Of a stretch of 64,000 nt of DNA, positions 61,660 to 64,000 are shown piece by piece. The stretch spans positions 159,464,001 through 159,528,000 of the forward strand of contig OZ024742.1 of NCBI GenBank assembly GCA_964016885.1, in the 5' to 3' direction. Source of the DNA: Eledone cirrhosa. Lineage: Eukaryota. Made by a program: the position numbers and the translations under genes. The stretch's first letter is position 1; every line of letters starts with the position of its first letter. The notes beneath the pieces are model-generated. The model saw nothing but the letters and a program-made list of their open reading frames with translations, was not told where the DNA came from and did not search any database.

Positions 61660-63560
61660 TTCTCTTCCATCACGGTGATATCGACCGTGAAAGTCGACGC
61701 AGCCTTTCTGCGTCCCGGTTCGTGCGGGATGCCCTGCAACAGCTCCAGTTTCCGCAGTAAAGGCTCGAGAGTCAATACGTACAGAAGGGAGGAGAGAGGG
61801 CGCCCTTGACGGACCACTCAGGAGATCTGAAACAGTTACGAAAGGTGACCATTGACTTTGACCACCGAGCAGATGCCACTGTGCATTGCAACGATTCAGC
61901 CTCTGAAGACGGGACCGAAGCCAACTGCTTTGAGGACAGGTTCCATTGTTTCTCAGAGCACGCACCTTAGCTCTGTCAATGCAGCCTTGGTGTTCCGCAT
62001 TGAAGAAATGGATCTAATGCAATTCTCGCTGCTAGCGCGTCAGTTGCAATGCCACTACAAATCGCCTCATTAATTTAGTTACCAGCTCCCCCTCCTTTCT
62101 ATTTTTCTCTAACGCTACTTCTTTGCTAAACCTTATCGACATTAGTATAATCTCTCTTTTGAGAGCCCCCTTCCGCCTTGACGATGGCTCCTGGCAACGT
62201 TTTCTTAACTAAATTGTTAACCTGTCCCTGTGAGCCTTACGTACCGGAAACGACATGTTCAGCTTCCAGTAACCAGTTCCTAACCTGCGATCACAGACTT
62301 GTGATCTGAATAGGCGACCGTTTTAAAAAATGGACAGCCTGCACTATTCCTATCTATTGTTCTAATGATACTTTTATCTATATAAGATCTAGATGACCCT
62401 ATGCGATGGGTCCAGGTCTACACTGGTGCATTAGGGAAATTCAGTCGGTACCTCTCAGACATTTGATACTGGATGATCAGGTACTTGGGGCTTTTGCACC
62501 TCCGGCTCCTATCAGTTGCTCCTATACAATCCCAGCCTGCGTCTAAGATGCCGTTCCAGTCCCCCGCTAACAGTAAAGGGCGAGACGTTCCTAGAAAGGC
62601 TTCCAAGCCTAAAGAAGTTCGTCCGTCTGGCCTCGGTAGAGGTGTAGACGGCCATCAGTCTAAAGGCACCACCTTCGCTATTTTTCACGTCCAGGACCAC
62701 CAACTTCCCGTCCAGGTCCCAGAAGATCGATCTTACCTCGAGATCCAGGCCATTGTTAAACAGCACTGCCACCCCACCTCCCATTCTCGGCCGACTAATA
62801 GATGCGAAGATCTGATAGTCATCGAAAATGGGGTCTAGTGTAAGCGTGTCGGAAATTCTGGTCTCGCTGACGGCAATTACATCCAAATCTAGAGATCTGA
62901 GGTCTTTGTGCAGGCGACCCCAGGCCACGAACATCCTACTGTTTGGATAGCCATTGTGGCAGGCTAAAAGAGAGAGAGGAAAGGTTTACTTATCTCCCGG
63001 GTTCTTGTGGAGATTGGGTGGTTCGACATCTATGGTTGGTGGGGTTTCCTTTGGAAAGCCCTTTAAAAGTCTAGATGGGGTTTTAAGTTCGGGGTTCCGA
63101 CGTCCCGAGGAAAGCTCTTTCTGATTTCTTTGTAGGCACCGAACGACAGATCCTCCGGTACGCGAAATGTGCTGGTGCCGAACCCCCCCCCCCCCACACA
63201 CCTTTCTGAATTTCTTCACTTCGTGCTATGTGAGCCATCAATTCCTCGTTGACCCTTCTAACAAACACGAAGTTTTGTATGCTTTGTTGTTGTTTTATTT
63301 GTTTGCGTTTGGGTGACTGAGGCGTTGATTATTTTCCTAGTGTTGTTTTGGGTGTCTGTATTTGTTGTGGGTGCGGTGTCTGCAATTTCAGTTGTCTGTG
63401 TTTTTTTGTTTGTTCTTATTGTGATGCGTCCATAATTTACTACCGTCTGACCACCGTGCCTTGTCTTAAGCCTCACCTGACTGCGTTGTAGCGTTTGCTG
63501 TTTCGCCTGCTGTGGAAGGGACACGCTCTGATGGTCATGCGGTCCATTTGCTGTGTACAT
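61660..63560 (-). mobile_element. Divergent Tx1-like LINE remnant (ORF1 end, APE, part of RT), internally deleted
   Basis: VIAVSETRI, AGDWNGILD, QGRPLSSLLYVLTLEPLLRKL. Confidence 0.85.
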
Positions 63561-63569
63561 CCGCTACGT

Positions 63570-64000
63570 GGAGGGATGGGAATGCCGTAGCTAATGATGC
63601 GCAGACATGCGCGCAAGCTACGGCATCTCCACCTCTTCCTCGACGGTAATCAGGTGTGGTCGCCGTTTGCTAGACGCGTTTTTCCCCAGCTCGTCTCCTT
63701 GATGGAGCTGCAGTCCTGGGTCAAGCGGAGACCGAGAGGGAGCGCTTGGAGATTGGAATGTCTTCTGTCGCTCACAGCCCTCAACTAATCGGGCGATGCG
63801 ATCGGTGGAAATATTACCTTGGCGGTCTATAGAAGGTTAGTGGAGGGAAAAGTGACGACGTCCTTGGGGAGACTCTAGGCGTCAACGAAAATCAACTAGC
63901 CAATCTCTTCGGGAGAACTTTCCTGGCTGGAGCCCATTGATAACTTCCAGAAATCCCAGGCCTGGCAGTTCGGGATAAACTCTACAGGCATGGAAGTGCC
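63570..64000 (+). mobile_element. Tx1-like ORF2 C-terminal fragment, running off the window
   Basis: VWSPFARRVFPQLVSLMELQSWVKRRP, homologous to 50990-51070. Confidence 0.8.

Overview
A eukaryotic (animal) window made almost entirely of repeats; I find no host protein-coding gene. The SINE types and dense microsatellites suggest an octopod cephalopod, but that is inference. Contents: (1) three near-full-length decayed L1/Tx1-clade LINEs, two 3'-end fragments and further remnants, with the main copies bounded by (GATA/TATC)n. (2) A complete 4.1-kb LTR retrotransposon with a 5-bp TSD, atypical RT/RNase H motifs and no tRNA-type PBS. (3) A 5'-truncated CsRn1-like Gypsy and a probable solo LTR. 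(4) Two R4/Dong-type RLE LINE families, associated with (TAA)n and (CATA)n. (5) RTE and CR1 remnants, and a split Penelope element with several minimal hammerhead ribozymes. (6) MetaSINE-like and CORE-like SINEs and a Chapaev3-like transposon remnant. (7) A young hAT (Tip100-like) transposon with perfect TIRs and TSD, inserted in a SINE and itself carrying a 1.3-kb Merlin-like foldback element. The most novel-looking signals are: apparent (GATA)n targeting by Tx1 LINEs; a conserved 37-nt GT-AG intron-like ORF1/ORF2 spacer whose removal fuses the two ORFs in frame; apparent partitioning of microsatellite types among retroelement families; and a SINE fragment with clustered T>C changes resembling ADAR hyper-editing. 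All calls come from reading the sequence by eye; no database searches were run.
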